A stretch of 64,000 bases of DNA from Vicugna vicugna (Eukaryota), in contig MU058444.1 in assembly GCA_013265495.1 (NCBI GenBank), forward strand, positions 62,001 to 126,000, written 5' to 3'. The notes beneath the pieces were generated by a model, which had not been told where the DNA came from, ran no database searches, and was given only the letters and a program-made list of their open reading frames with translations. The translations under genes were made by a program, and so were the position numbers. Positions 24,150 to 36,268 of the stretch are shown one piece after another. The number at the start of each line of letters is the position of its first letter. The stretch's first letter is position 1.

Positions 24150-24877
24150 AGGGACAGATGGCCAGTTCAGTTCCAGAACATGACAATAACGCAAGTATAA
24201 ATAAAGCAAGTCCCACAAATTTTTTGATTTCCTAGTGCATGTAAAAGTTCTGTGTAAGACTCACGGACATAGAGAACAAACTTATGTTACCTATACATTT
24301 ACGTATGGTAAGTAATATTTACTTATGGTAAAGGGGATGGGAAGGGATAAGTTGGGAGTTTGAAATTTGCACCTCTTGGGGAGTGATGGAAATGTGAGCT
24401 GTCTTGATTGTGGTGGTGGTTTCATGGGTGTATACATCTATCAAAATTCATCAAATTTTACATCTGAAATATGTGTAATTTACTGTACAGGAGTCATACT
24501 ACAATAAAGGTGTTAAAAAAAAGTTCTGTTTACATCATACTATAGTCTATTAAGTGCAACAATATTATGTCTAAAAAAGTAATTTTTTTATTAAAAAATG
24601 CTTTATTGATAAAAAAAATTAACCATCATCTGAGCCTTTAGTGAGTCATAGTAATAACATCAAAGGTCACTGATCACAGATCACCGTAATAAAGACAGTA
24701 ATAACGAAAAAGTGTAAAATTTTGAGTGAATTACCAAAATGTGACACAGAGACATGAAGTGATCTGATGCTGTTGGAAAAATGGCAAGAATGGGCTTGCT
24801 CAATGCAGGCTGGCCACATACCTTCAATTTGTAAAAAATGCAGTGTCTGCAAAGTACAATAAAACGAGGTGTGCCTG
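24150..24877 (-). mobile_element. Tigger1 internal-deletion derivative, interrupted at 24257-24518
   Basis: Both Tigger1 ends recognisable. TIR AATAAAACGAGGTGTGCCTG followed by TA at 24878-24879. Confidence 0.85.
24257..24518 (+). mobile_element. Chimeric L1-3'UTR-derived retroposed insertion
   Basis: TSD AAAAGTTCTGTGTA / AAAAGTTCTGTTTA (24243-24256, 24519-24532), AATAAA and an A-tail. Confidence 0.8.
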
Positions 24878-26289
24878 TATTAATAAAAGGCACAGGCCCC
24901 TTGACCGCCTTTTTTTTTTTTCTAAAACTGTATCTGAGGTTATTTCAGGTGGCCTCCAGCGGGGCTCCGGCCCAGGGAGTGAGATAAACAGCCTTCATCT
25001 TGTGAGGAAGCTTGCCGAGTGTCTCAGCGCTCAAGTCAGGAGCAGAACAGTAGCTCTTTGATCAGTGCCTATTGTAAAAAAACAAAAAAACAAACAAAAA
25101 ACTATAGTTGTGCATATTTAAGACATGCTATCTCATTGCTTGGGCTGATGCTGAAGGGGTGATTCATTCTACAAGAGAGGAAAAGATCAAGGAGGCTGAT
25201 TCATCTAATTCAAGGCCAGGATCAAATAATAATGGAGGTTGCATTACATTCATTGAGGCCACAGTGTGTGTCCATCACCATCAAACTCTTAAGCATCCTC
25301 TTATTTAATTCTCATAACCGCCATAAGAGGCGAGCAATGATATTTCCAATGTGGCAGTTGAGAAAAGCAACCTTTAAGGGTTTAAGCCTGTTTTTAAGGT
25401 GACAGATCTAGTAAATGGCGGAACAGGAATACAAGTCCAGGTGGTCACCGTATTGCTTCTCCACCTCAGCTCTCCAGGCATCCCTCTGATTCCTGCTTTT
25501 CCCCAGTACTAGGGGGTCAAGGGCAAGGCGCCCAGGGCTCTCCTGCAACGTCAGCTGTCGGCCCTGTAGACGTTGGGGTGAGTGACCTTCCTTTCCCCAC
25601 CGCATCCCCATTTCCTGTAGCATTTCTGGAGTGTCTGCTCCTTCTCACCTCTTGTGGTGGTGGCACCATCCTGGAGGGCACCTCTCTGTCTAGTTCCATC
25701 AGTTCATCGCCTGCTTCTCAGTGACATGCCCCCTGGTTTCAGCAGTTGGTGAATACCTTGCAGGGGTTAATGGAGGGGCTGGGAAGTGTAGTGGTTCAAT
25801 AAAGGGAAAGTGGCAGGAAAAGGAGTAAAGTAAGGGTACCAAGGAAATATGAATGGACCCAATGAATAGTTATTAAGTGCCTACTAGGTGCCAGGTACTG
25901 TGCTAGGTGCTGGGACAAAAAAGTGAACAAAAAGTAGGGTAGTCCTCTCACAGTTTACAGCCAGGTTGGGTAGGAAGAGGTGTTAAATTAAAAAAATGTA
26001 TGAATTGATGCATAACGTTAAATTATGATGTCTTATGACACTAAAACTGTGCTATGCAGCAAAGAATAAGGAGAGATGGATATTGTTTGGGTGGGAAATG
26101 TTTTCAGAAAATGCCCCTCTGAGAAAGTGATGATTAAAACAACGTTTATAACCTGACACTGAAATACTTGCATATTGATGATTCTGGAATAATATAACTA
26201 TTCACCTTTGATGGAAGTTTGTGAGTAATAGTAGGAAATGCATTTATTTTTATTACATAGGCATACTATAGTTTTCAAAGTAAACTGCA

Positions 26290-26774
26290 AGATGACTGGA
26301 TAAAGAAGTTGTGCTATATTCACACAATGGAATACTACTCAGCCATAAAAAGAATAAAATAATGCCATTTGCAACAACATGGATGGACATAGAGATCGTC
26401 ATTCTAAATGAGGTAAATCAGAAAGAGAAAGAAAAATACTATATGATATCACTTATATGTGGGTCTAAAAAAAAAGAAGAAAAAAAGGACACTGAACTCA
26501 TCTACAAAACAGAAACAGACTCACATAGTAAACAATCTTATGGTTACTGGGGAAAAGGAGTGGGAAGGGATAAATTTGGGAGTTTGAGATTTACAAATGT
26601 TAGCCACTATATATAAAAAAAGATTTAAAAAGTTCAGGGAACTATGTTCAATATGTTGTAATAGCCTTTAATGAAAAAGAATATGAAAGCAAATATATGT
26701 ATGTATATGTATGATTGGGACATTGTACTGTACACCAGAAATTGACACATTGTAACTGTACTTCAATTTAAAAA
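26290..26774 (+). mobile_element. 5'-truncated lineage-specific LINE-1
   Basis: ORF2 C-terminal peptide MPFATTWMDIEIVILNEVNQKEKEKYYMISLICG, 3' UTR and A-tail. TSD AAAGTAAACTGCA / AAAGTAAATTGCA. Confidence 0.9.
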
Positions 26775-27665
26775 AAAGTAAATTGCAGCTATAAGTGATT
26801 ATTTCTACATCTGCTATAGTTATAAATTTTCAGGAACTATTATTTCATTATATTCATATTACCTGGGGTAAGTCACAATAACCACTGGTTTTTACAGATA
26901 AAATATCAATTGTTTTGTGAAGATATTTCTCTTTTCCTCATATCCTCTATTAACCAACTCCTACACACATAATAGAAATTATCTTCTCACCATTTAATAT
27001 GTTTTAGTATTAATATTCTACAGTATGTGGGCAACACCTCATTTTTAAGTCTTATTTATGTAACCATATAGTGTTTTGTTTCCAGTAAAATTTTACTTAA
27101 ATATTTGGTTTAGGATACATCTACATTTTCATCGAGAATAAGTTGATAAAATTTTAGCAACACTTAGTGGCCAAATAAAACACTTAGAAAGCTTTTCTAA
27201 AAAAATAAAATACGTACCTTCCCCTTACCTTTTGAATATAAATTATCACCTTATTTTCTATTGAATGTTACTCCTTAGTTTACATTAAAATTAGTTATCT
27301 TAAATAGAGGGAAGAAATAGTGATCAATATCTTCTATATTCAATCCTTATCTCTGAGCAAAACCTTTATGTAAAACTGTACACATGTATCTCACAGTGTA
27401 AAAGTAATGTGTGTAAGGAACTTCACAATTATTAAAGTATTAACTGCAGCATTAATTTTTTTTATTTGCTGAATAACAGCAAAGTTTCTTAAAATAGTAG
27501 AAATATATTTCCTCAGTTCTGATTGTTCTTTGTTACAGTGTATGTTATCTGAATTCAGGATTTGTTTTACGATCATTATTTATGATTAACGTTATGGGTA
27601 TAGTAAAATAATTATCTTCCCCCCCAAAACCTTCTTATTTAAATTGATGGTGCAGCTTACAACTA

Positions 27666-27863
27666 CATTTGACCCTTGGACAACAAGAGGTTTAACTGCC
27701 GGATCCATTTATGCGAATTTTTTTGAACAGTAAACACTGCAGTAACACAAAAGCCTTCGCTGGTTGATTCCTGGGTTATGGAGGGCCACCGCAAGTTTAC
27801 ACGGATTTTCAACTATAAGGAGGGTCAGCACCCCTAACCCCTTCCTTATTCAAGGGTCAAATG
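27666..27863 (-). mobile_element. MER8/Tigger2-type MITE
   Basis: 13-bp perfect TIRs CATTTGACCCTTG...CAAGGGTCAAATG flanked by TA. Confidence 0.85.
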
Positions 27864-28119
27864 TAACGGCAGCTTAGAATTGGCAGAACACGGCATGATG
27901 TACATACTGATGTCAGCAGCAAGTCTTGATTTCATCCACCTGGAGTATAAAACGAAATATCAGTTATTTCTAAATCCAACTTACCCTGGTTCTTCTCCCC
28001 AGAATGTGATTGTGTGACCTCAACCCGTGCCCCTGACCCCGCTTTTCTGCAGATCTCACCTACTAGGTACTCCTGGGACTCCTGGGAGGGGGTGCCTTAC
28101 ACCTGGATTTCAAGCTGCT

Positions 28120-28520
28120 CCTCTCGGGTCACCACGCGGGACCCACATGCTCTCTGTCTGGGCCACGCCTACTTCACGTCCAGCGGCCTCCGGGACGATC
28201 TCGCGAGACTTCCCAGTCCAAGCAGACGGCAGGGTCCCGGATGCTCCTCTGGGAGGGGTTCAGTCATCGGAGCCTGAATGGCATCAGCGTGCAGCGGCGA
28301 GACGTCCGGGACGCGGAACTGCGCTTGCTCGCTTTGTTCTGGAAGCTGCTTCGCTCAAAGCCAGGTGTTCTCCAAGCCTCCGGGGGAGGCTTCTGCTGCA
28401 CCTCCTTACTTATTGCCGGCCTGGGCCCCTCAGCCCCCCTTTTGGCCCGCCTTCCTTCCCGAGACGGGTCTGCGCAGAATGTCCAGGCGGTGCCAGCTCT
28501 TAACAGGAAAGTTCTGCAGC
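28120..28520. promoter_or_regulatory. Small orphan CpG island with TCTCGCGAGA motif (28199-28208); candidate promoter or enhancer
   Basis: Local CpG enrichment in non-repeat sequence and a perfect CGCG-element palindrome. Confidence 0.65.
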
Positions 28521-29766
28521 GGCTTCCTCTCCCCGCCAAAGGCATCAAGGCATTTAAAAGAAAATTGAGAAAAGGTAGTCAGCAATAACAGTGGGGACCA
28601 TACTAGTCGTCACCCCATTTTAAAGTTAGTAAAGGCAACAGAGAAAACCGGAGCTTGAATGACTTGCCCAAGGTCACAGACCTAAGAGAACCACACACAG
28701 GATTAGAACTCAGAATTGTCTGCGCCACCTCCCATAAAAAGGCTCTTGGGTTTTCTTTGTCCCCCTGGCTGTCTCTGCCGCGTGCTGAGCCTGTCAGGTG
28801 AGGGAAGTAGAGTAATGAGTGGGAGGCACCCCTCTCCTCCAAGTGCACTGGGTTGAAACGCCCCCTGCCATGTTGCTACTTTTGGTGGAGGCGTAGAGCG
28901 AGCCAGTGTCCTAAGAAAAAGGCTTCTCAACGTGTTTTCCAGCTTTTACCTTTCATTTTTCTTTCTTTTATGCCATTTGATTTACACATTATATGTACTT
29001 AAAAAAAAAAGGAAGCTCCAGATAGTTGAGAAATAAGTTATAAAAGTGATGACATCTTCTGTTACGAAATCATTTTTATGGTTTAAAGGGAGTTTGGGGT
29101 TTTTTGGTATCAGTTTTCTCGCTTGAAAGAACCAGTGAATTGAAAAATTCAGTTCATTTTACTCATTCCAGCCTTTCCTTTCCTCCCACTTTTTCTCTCT
29201 TCTTTCCTCATTGATCATTTAGGAGACACCTGCAGCATTTGAGACACAGTGCGAAGCACGGGCTGCAGAGATGAGCACAGCTGGGGCCTTTCTTAGGATA
29301 CTGCACTGCAAGGAGCTTGATCTTTAGAACAGAAGGTAAATAATAATAATAAAAAAACTGTAGTGTGAATTAGAAAAGGATAAATATTTAAGCGAAATTC
29401 TGATAAAAATGGTATGTTTTTTTGTTTTTGTTTTGTGTTGTATGTAGGTTTCTCTCCGCTGGAAGATAAGGGCACTGGGGAAGCATCAGTGGGAGGCAAT
29501 ATCTGGGCTAGACTTTGAAGGATAAGTGAAGAGTTGTTGTGTGGAGATTGGGACACGGATGCAGAGTTTTGGGGTGTAGGACTGTTAGGAACTACACCGT
29601 GGTGTTAGAGAGAGAACAGGCTGCTCATTGTCAACAGTGAATATTTCATTTTGATGGAATGTTAGATTTTGAAGGTGAATGATAAAAAATAAGTTTTAAA
29701 AGATAGGTCACATCCAAATCTAGAAGACCTAAAATGCCAATCTAAAGACTTGGGACTTCATTTTGC

Positions 29767-29937
29767 AGGGGGAGGGTGTAGCTCAGTGGTAGAGTGTGTG
29801 CTTAGCATGCAGGAGGTCCTGGGTTCAATCCCCAGTACCTCCACTAAAAAGAAAAATGATAAATTGAAAAAATAAACCTAATTACCTACCTATCCCCAAA
29901 AAAACAAAAAAGAATTTTTTTTAAAGAAGAAAAGAAA
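29767..29937 (+). mobile_element. vic-1-type SINE
   Basis: tRNA-Ala-like head and AATAAACCTAATTACC tail motif. Degenerate TSD AAAGACTTGG(G/A)ACTT. Confidence 0.9.
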
Positions 29938-31080
29938 AAAGACTTGGAACTTGGTTTTGTTTTTCCCGCTATTGTGCTGAAATTTGAATCAGTTTTATCC
30001 CTTAGTTTATAGCACAGTTTGGCCATTGGTCTGTGCTAGACTCTTCTGTTTCATCTTCATTCATTCATTCATTCATCCATTCTGTTTTCTTTTATTCTCA
30101 CTTCTGATTTCCATCCCCACTCCCACCAATGGCAACCTTTCTAATGCACTTGATGCTCATAGTTTTTTGCCTATATTTTTACTATCTGAATACTATTGTA
30201 TGCATGTTTTTAAAAATACCCTTTATTGTGGAAAAGTTCAAACATAAAAAAGAATATTATCATGAACTCCTATGCATCATCCGTTTGCAGTAATGATCAG
30301 TTCTTGTTTTAGCTACAGCCCCACCTTCTTTGACAGTTTCTCCCATCAGATTATTTTGAAAAAAATCACAGGCATTATATTATTTCATCTGTAAATATTT
30401 CAGCATGACTCTTTCAAGGATAAGGACTTTTTTTCGGGGGGGGGCATAATATTAACGCTATTATCTTGCTTTAAAAATTTCATGAGAATTCCCTAAGTGT
30501 TTCTTGAACAAGTGGTGTTCGTATTTCCCCACTGTTTCTGTAGAATATTAGAGGAGATTGAAATTATTGAAATCTGTCAATTCAGAGACGGAGCCCGGCA
30601 GAGCTAGCCTGAGAGCTCTGAGGAGGGGGCTTGCCCTCTGAAGGTCATGCTGAGGCTTGGGTGGAGGCGGGGAGGTGGATGTTGGGAACACTACAAGCCA
30701 GACTCAATTGTTACTTCTGGAACAAATTTCCACTCTTGGGGAAAAGAAGGCTTAGTGTGGTGGTAATGTTTCTCTTTGTGATTTTCCAGTTCTTTAGAAC
30801 TTGGACAGCAATTCCTTAATTATGTGAAATGCTCTCTGTTCACAATAGCTGTGTGTTTCTGCCTCCTGGCTGGATTCCAGCTGATTACATCATTTCGTAT
30901 CCCTTTGGCTTGTCCACTCCACCACTGTGTGCATATTATCTAGAGTTTTAGTTCTAGATCATTACACATGTGTTTTTTCTTATTTTTTATTTTCTCTCTT
31001 TTCCTTGCTCATTTTTTTAATTAAAAAAAATTGTGGAGTCTGTATTTCGTGTATCTTTTTCCGGCAGTATTTTCTGGTAA

Positions 31081-32042
31081 TTTTTTTTTTTCATTTTAAC
31101 AATCTGATTGAGGTATAATTGAGGTACAATAAACAGCACATATTTAAAGGGTTCATTTGGTAAGTTTTATTCCATGTGTACACTTGTGAAATCACAACCA
31201 TAATCACGGTACTGAACATATTCACCTTCCATGAAAGTTTTTTCCTGGTGTTTTGTAATCCTCCTCCACCCCTCCCTGCCCTTCTCCATCCCCAGGCAGC
31301 CACTTCTCTGCTTTTCATTGCTATAGATTAGTTGCATTTTCTAGAATTCAATGTCAATCAGTCAAACATTATGAACTCTTTTCTGTTTGTCTTGTTTATT
31401 AGCACAATGATTTTGAAGCTCATTTGTGCTATTGTGTGTATCAGTAGTTCATCTTTGTATTGCTGGGTAGTATTTTATTATATAAATGCACTGCAATTGG
31501 TGTATCCATTTACTTCTTAATGGACATTTGGATTGTTTCCAGTTTGGGCTATTACCAGTGAATTTGCTGTGAACGCTCAGGTACAAGTCTTTGTATGGAC
31601 ATCCACTTTCCTTTTCCTTGGATAAGACATTGGAGTGGAATGGCTGGGTCAGATGGTAGCTGTACATTTAACTTTTTGAGAAACTGCCAAACTACTTTTC
31701 AGAATTGTTGAACCATATCACATTCCAGCCAGCAGCATATGAGAGTTCCAGTTTTTCTGTACCCTTGGCGACCCTTGGATATGGTTGGTGTGTGGAGGCA
31801 TTGTATTATGTTTTTGTTTTGCATTTTCCTAATCATCGTGTTGAACGTCTTTTCATGTGCTTATTTGCCATCTGTATATCTTCTTTGGTAAACTGTCTGC
31901 TCAAGACAGACCATATTCTGAGCCACAAGTCTCAATACATTTAAAAGGATTCAGATCATATAAGGTGTGTTTTCAGACCACAATGGAGTTCAAATAGAAA
32001 TCAGTAACAGAATGATATCTGGAAAATCCCCAGATATTTGGA
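31081..32042 (-). mobile_element. Old LINE-1 3' part (minus, ~31081-31900) joined to a plus-strand L1 endonuclease-region piece (~31905-32042)
   Basis: T-tract and antisense L1 3' text, then an abrupt switch to sense GACCATATTCTGAGCCAC...GACCACAATGGAGTTCAAATAGAAATC. Confidence 0.75.
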
Positions 32043-32169
32043 TCCAGTGTTGCTGTTAAGAAATCTGATTCTTGTAACTTTATAAGAGATGTTCTTTTTC
32101 TCTGGAAGCTCTCAGAGTTTTCTATTTCTCTTTGATATGCTTAAATTTCCCAATACTATATCTGAGTTC

Positions 32170-32312
32170 TTTTTGTTTAATTTTTATTTTTTGTGGGTAG
32201 GGGCAGGTAATTAGGTTTATTTATTTTTTAGAGAAGGTACTGGGAATTGAACGAACCCAGGACCTTGTACCTGCTAAGCATATGCTCTACCACTTGAGCT
32301 AGACCCTCCCTC
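32170..32312 (-). mobile_element. vic-1-type SINE
   Basis: Reverse complement of the SINE head (CTACCACTTGAGCTAGACCCTCCC) and the GGTAATTAGGTTTATT tail motif. Confidence 0.88.
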
Positions 32313-34256
32313 TTAATTTCTGTATTTATCTCTTTATCCTTTTTTTCCTGCCTTCTGGGAGATTTCCTCAGTCCATTCTTCCAGTTTTGCAATTTATTTT
32401 TCCCATTTACTATTCTTTCTTTAAGTGTTTTTTTTTAATACTTAATCTTTCCATTTGGCTCTCTTTTTGACTATTCCCCTGCTTCATATTACCAATATCT
32501 TTTTGACGACATTGCTTGTGTATATTTTAAATTCTTAATCTGTGTGTTCCAGTATTTCTGCTTGATATGATCCCCTTTGCTGTTTGTGGTTTCCCTTCTG
32601 TGGTGGTTCCAACCTCAGGTCTTGTAGCCTGTGAGCTGATGTTCCCTTAGAGTTATCAGGTACCAGGAGAAGACACCGAGGCTCATGCCCTAGTTTATGG
32701 CTTCCCTGTGATTTGAAGAAGAGGTGAGAAGATAAGCCCCAGGGAGAGCATCCTGGACACCAGGACTGCAGTCAACCATCCATCTGTTGCTCCTGACCCC
32801 TCGTCCCCAACTGGGCATTCCTCTGGGAAGCGTTTGCCTCTAAAGTTTTAAAGGGAGAAGATAGTTCTTTCACCGGGGTCAGGAGGAGGATGGGAGGAGT
32901 GAGTCCATGGGGGCAGCTGGTCAACCTCCCCCCACCCATATGTGGGCTCCCGCTGCTGACCAATGACTCCCAGTGGTGATAGGGTGGGCAGTGGTCCAAA
33001 AGAAATCGGGGAGAGGCAGAGCAGAAACTGGCAGCACTGTCTCACCCATTACTCTGTGTCTGCATGCCTCTCTGCCCAAAGTTGATGATGGCATTCAGTC
33101 TCTCCAGTGACTTCTCAGTTTTCAAAATTAATACGTTCCTCTCTCTGCTGTAGTCTCCCCATGGCTGATTCCCGTCGGCCGGTCTCCGGTTGACACCTTC
33201 TGGGCTTCATGGGGGAGCAGTGGGGCATGTAGGTTACCGAGAGTTTTTGAGTTTCACTGTAGGAAGATGAATCTCGCAGCAGAGTGCAATAAAAAGAGGA
33301 AGGAAACAGTTACTGGTCTAGGTAAGCAGTGACAAAGATCTGAATTAATAGTTTGTGTCTTGAAGTGAGAAGATACTTTTTACTCAACTTGTTAGTTGAG
33401 CCCAAAGCTGTTGTTTTATTTTATTTTTTTCCCCCTAAATATGTTGGTTCTTAGTTTTTCTTTTTTTTGAGTGAATTACAAACTAAACACTGGGAGAAAT
33501 TCAAGATGTTAAAATGAAAAAAGGAAGTTAAATGAGGCCAGATTGGAGAGCAAATTGTTATTATTTAAAGCTCACGGACCACCCTGAATATGCAAAATTC
33601 TATTTAAGAAAATACAGAAACATGACTCCCTTCCATTTAGCAGCTAACATTTTCAGGAAATTTATACCACATTTCTGTGTGTGTTTTACTCCACATACTG
33701 CCAGCATTTAAACTTATTAAATTTGAGGAATTTCCTCTTACTTTTCTTTCCCTTAACTTTTTTGGAGAGTGGTTCCATTTCTCTTTTTATAAAAATAGAG
33801 ACGATGAACAAATGTTGTGCATGTTCACATTCTTGGGCTGAAAGCTGGTCACTGGAACCCTGTCTTGATCCTCCATGAAGCAGGCTAGTTGGAGCTTTTG
33901 TTACCCCCCCCTTGCAACTGTTCAGTATGTTTGCCCCTCCACTCAACAGTGACTAGCTACTCTCTATTTTTATTTTAGACGAAAAGCACAGAAATCAATT
34001 TGAAATGCAGCACTCAAGATTTATGTTAACCATAAACATATGAAAAATGTTCACTCTTAAGTAAGACAAACAATTTTTTTTTTTTTTTTTGCCTATCAAA
34101 CTGCCAAAAATTACATGTAAAAAGATTGGGGCAGGGAGAAGTCTCATAAAATACTGCTGGGAACATAACTTCTGCTCACCATGAAGGGTTACTTATTGCT
34201 TAGCTATAGCTGCCTCTGTGTTGCAGGTGAACCCCACTCCAACCACATCCCAAATA

Positions 34257-34441
34257 CAGTGGTTCTCAAACTTCAGCATGCCTCACCATCACCCAGAGAG
34301 CTTGTGGAAATGTGAATTGCTGGGCCCCACCCCAGATTTCTGATTTAGTTCATCTGGGGTGATGCCTGAGAATTTGCATTTCTAACAAGTTCCCAGGCTG
34401 TGGTGATGCTGGAAGTCCAGGACCAACTTTAAGAACCACTG
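34257..34441. mobile_element. MER5A (hAT-Charlie) MITE; a second MER5-like element lies at ~34837-35010
   Basis: TIRs CAGTGGTTCTCAAA / TTTAAGAACCACTG, internal TTTGCATTTCTAACAAGTTCCCAGG. Confidence 0.85.
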
Positions 34442-34442
34442 C

Positions 34443-34816
34443 TAGAAAGACAGATACCATATGATATCACTTATGTGTAGAACCTAAAATAAAAAGGACG
34501 AACGAACTTATTTGCATAACAGAAACAGACTCACAGACATGGAAAACAAACTTATGGTTACCAGAGGGGGAATAGGGTGGGAAGGGATAAATTGGGAGTT
34601 TGAGATTTGCAGATACTAACTAATACATAAAAAATAGATAAACAACAAGTTTCTACTGTAGAGCACAGGGAACTATATTTAATATCTTGTAGTAACTTAT
34701 GGTGAAAGAGAATATGAAAATGAATATATGTACGTTCCTGTATGACTGAAGTATTGTGCTCTGCACCAGAAATTAACATAACACTGTAAACTTCAATAAA
34801 AATACATTAAAAAGAA
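34443..34816 (+). mobile_element. 5'-truncated lineage-specific LINE-1 (3' UTR)
   Basis: Same 3' UTR as 26290-26774. Perfect TSD AAGAACCACTGC (34431-34442, 34817-34828), which duplicates the MER5A TIR. Confidence 0.9.
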
Positions 34817-35717
34817 AAGAACCACTGCCATATGTTAATGGTTCTTAGCTCTAGGGATCTTAACAAGAATACTGTTGCCAAAAACTACCAGTGTTCAAGT
34901 CTGTTCCCAGTGATTCTAGTTTAATGGTTGGGAGGGGGCCTGGATATGTGTATACTGTTAAAGCTCTTCAGGAGATGCTAAGGGGGCAGTTAGAGCTGAG
35001 GACCACTGCCATGTTCTCATTCTCCACCCATCACCCAGATGAGCTCATAGCACTATTTCACTTCCATTTGAGCCTTCAGCATTAAGGTATTCATCAGGAT
35101 ATTTTTGTGTAAGTTGGTATGCCCATTGGTCTTGGTCGCCACCAAAATGTAAGTCACTGAGTATTTATCTTCTCCCCACTCTTACTAATTCCCCATGATT
35201 TCTCCCCTCCGATCCAGCTGTTCCTGCCTCTTCTGCCCTCTTTCTCATCCCTCTCATCTTCCTGTTGCTTCCTCTAGAACTCTTCCCTAAATGGTTATTA
35301 ATCATCTCTTCTATGCTTTCAGCCGTCCTGCCATTTTCCCCCTCTGTCTCCTTGCCTTACCTGAAACTTGGTTTGTTTCTGAAGGTAGTCAGCTGCATTT
35401 ATAAAAAGGGACTCTTTTGGGGGCTTTCTACACAGAGGCCTGAGATGAATAAGACATGCCCAGAGGCTCCCTAAATTGCCTCTCCTAGATTCCTCTAGTT
35501 TTACCCTTAACATTTTAATTCTCAGGTGAGGCATGGGTAACACTGTTAGTTATCTTTTCTCATGTATTCACCTTTTACTGTGAAAAAGTTTCAGATACCT
35601 TCAGAATAGGTTATGTGCTTAATGTGAAGAATCGGCTTCCTATCAAAGCATGATTGACAATGTGATTCTGCAACAAGTGTCAAGAATCTTACAAATATTT
35701 GTAGCCTTTGACATTTT

Positions 35718-36196
35718 TTTATGGAAGTATATAGTTAGTTACAATGTGTTGGTTTCTGGTGTACAGCACAATGCCCCAGTCATACATATATATACATATT
35801 TTCATTTTCATAGTCTTTTTCACTAAAGGTTATTACAAGATGTTGAATATAGTTCCCTGTGCTATACAGAAGAAATTTGTTTTTTAAAATCTGTTTTTAT
35901 ATATTGTGGCTAACATTGACAAATCTCAAATTCCCAAATTTATCCCTTCCCACTCCCTTTACCCCAGAAACCATAGAATTGTTTACCATGTCTGTGAGTC
36001 TGTTTCTGTTTTGTAGATGAGTTCATTAGTGTCCTCTTGTTTCTTTTTTTTCTTCTTTTTTTTTAGATTCCACATATGGTGGTATCATATGATATTTTTC
36101 TTTCTCTTTCTAGCTTACTTCACTTAGAATAACGATCTCTAGGTCCATCCATGTTGTTGCAGATGGCATTATTTTATTATTTTTTATGGCTAAGTC
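35718..36196 (-). mobile_element. 5'-truncated lineage-specific LINE-1
   Basis: Antisense of the same 3' UTR family. TSD CCTTTGACATTTT / CCTTTAACATTTT. Confidence 0.9.
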
Positions 36197-36213
36197 CCTT
36201 TAACATTTTGATG

Positions 36214-36268
36214 GGCAGAGGGAATATGAGATCGGGGGGCAGAGGGAATATGAGATCGGGAGGCAGAG
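36214..36268. repeat. 24-bp tandem duplication (GGCAGAGGGAATATGAGATCGGGR x2.3)
   Basis: Units start at 36214, 36238 and 36262. Confidence 0.9.

Noticed and set aside
25724..25742. Partial CTCF-like motifs (also near 7838, 21850 and 28858)
   Set aside because: Each misses key 5' consensus bases; not distinguishable from background by eye.
29767..29843. tRNA-Ala(AGC)-like sequences here and at the other SINE heads
   Set aside because: Mismatched acceptor stems, A-rich tails and TSDs show they are SINEs, not tRNA genes.
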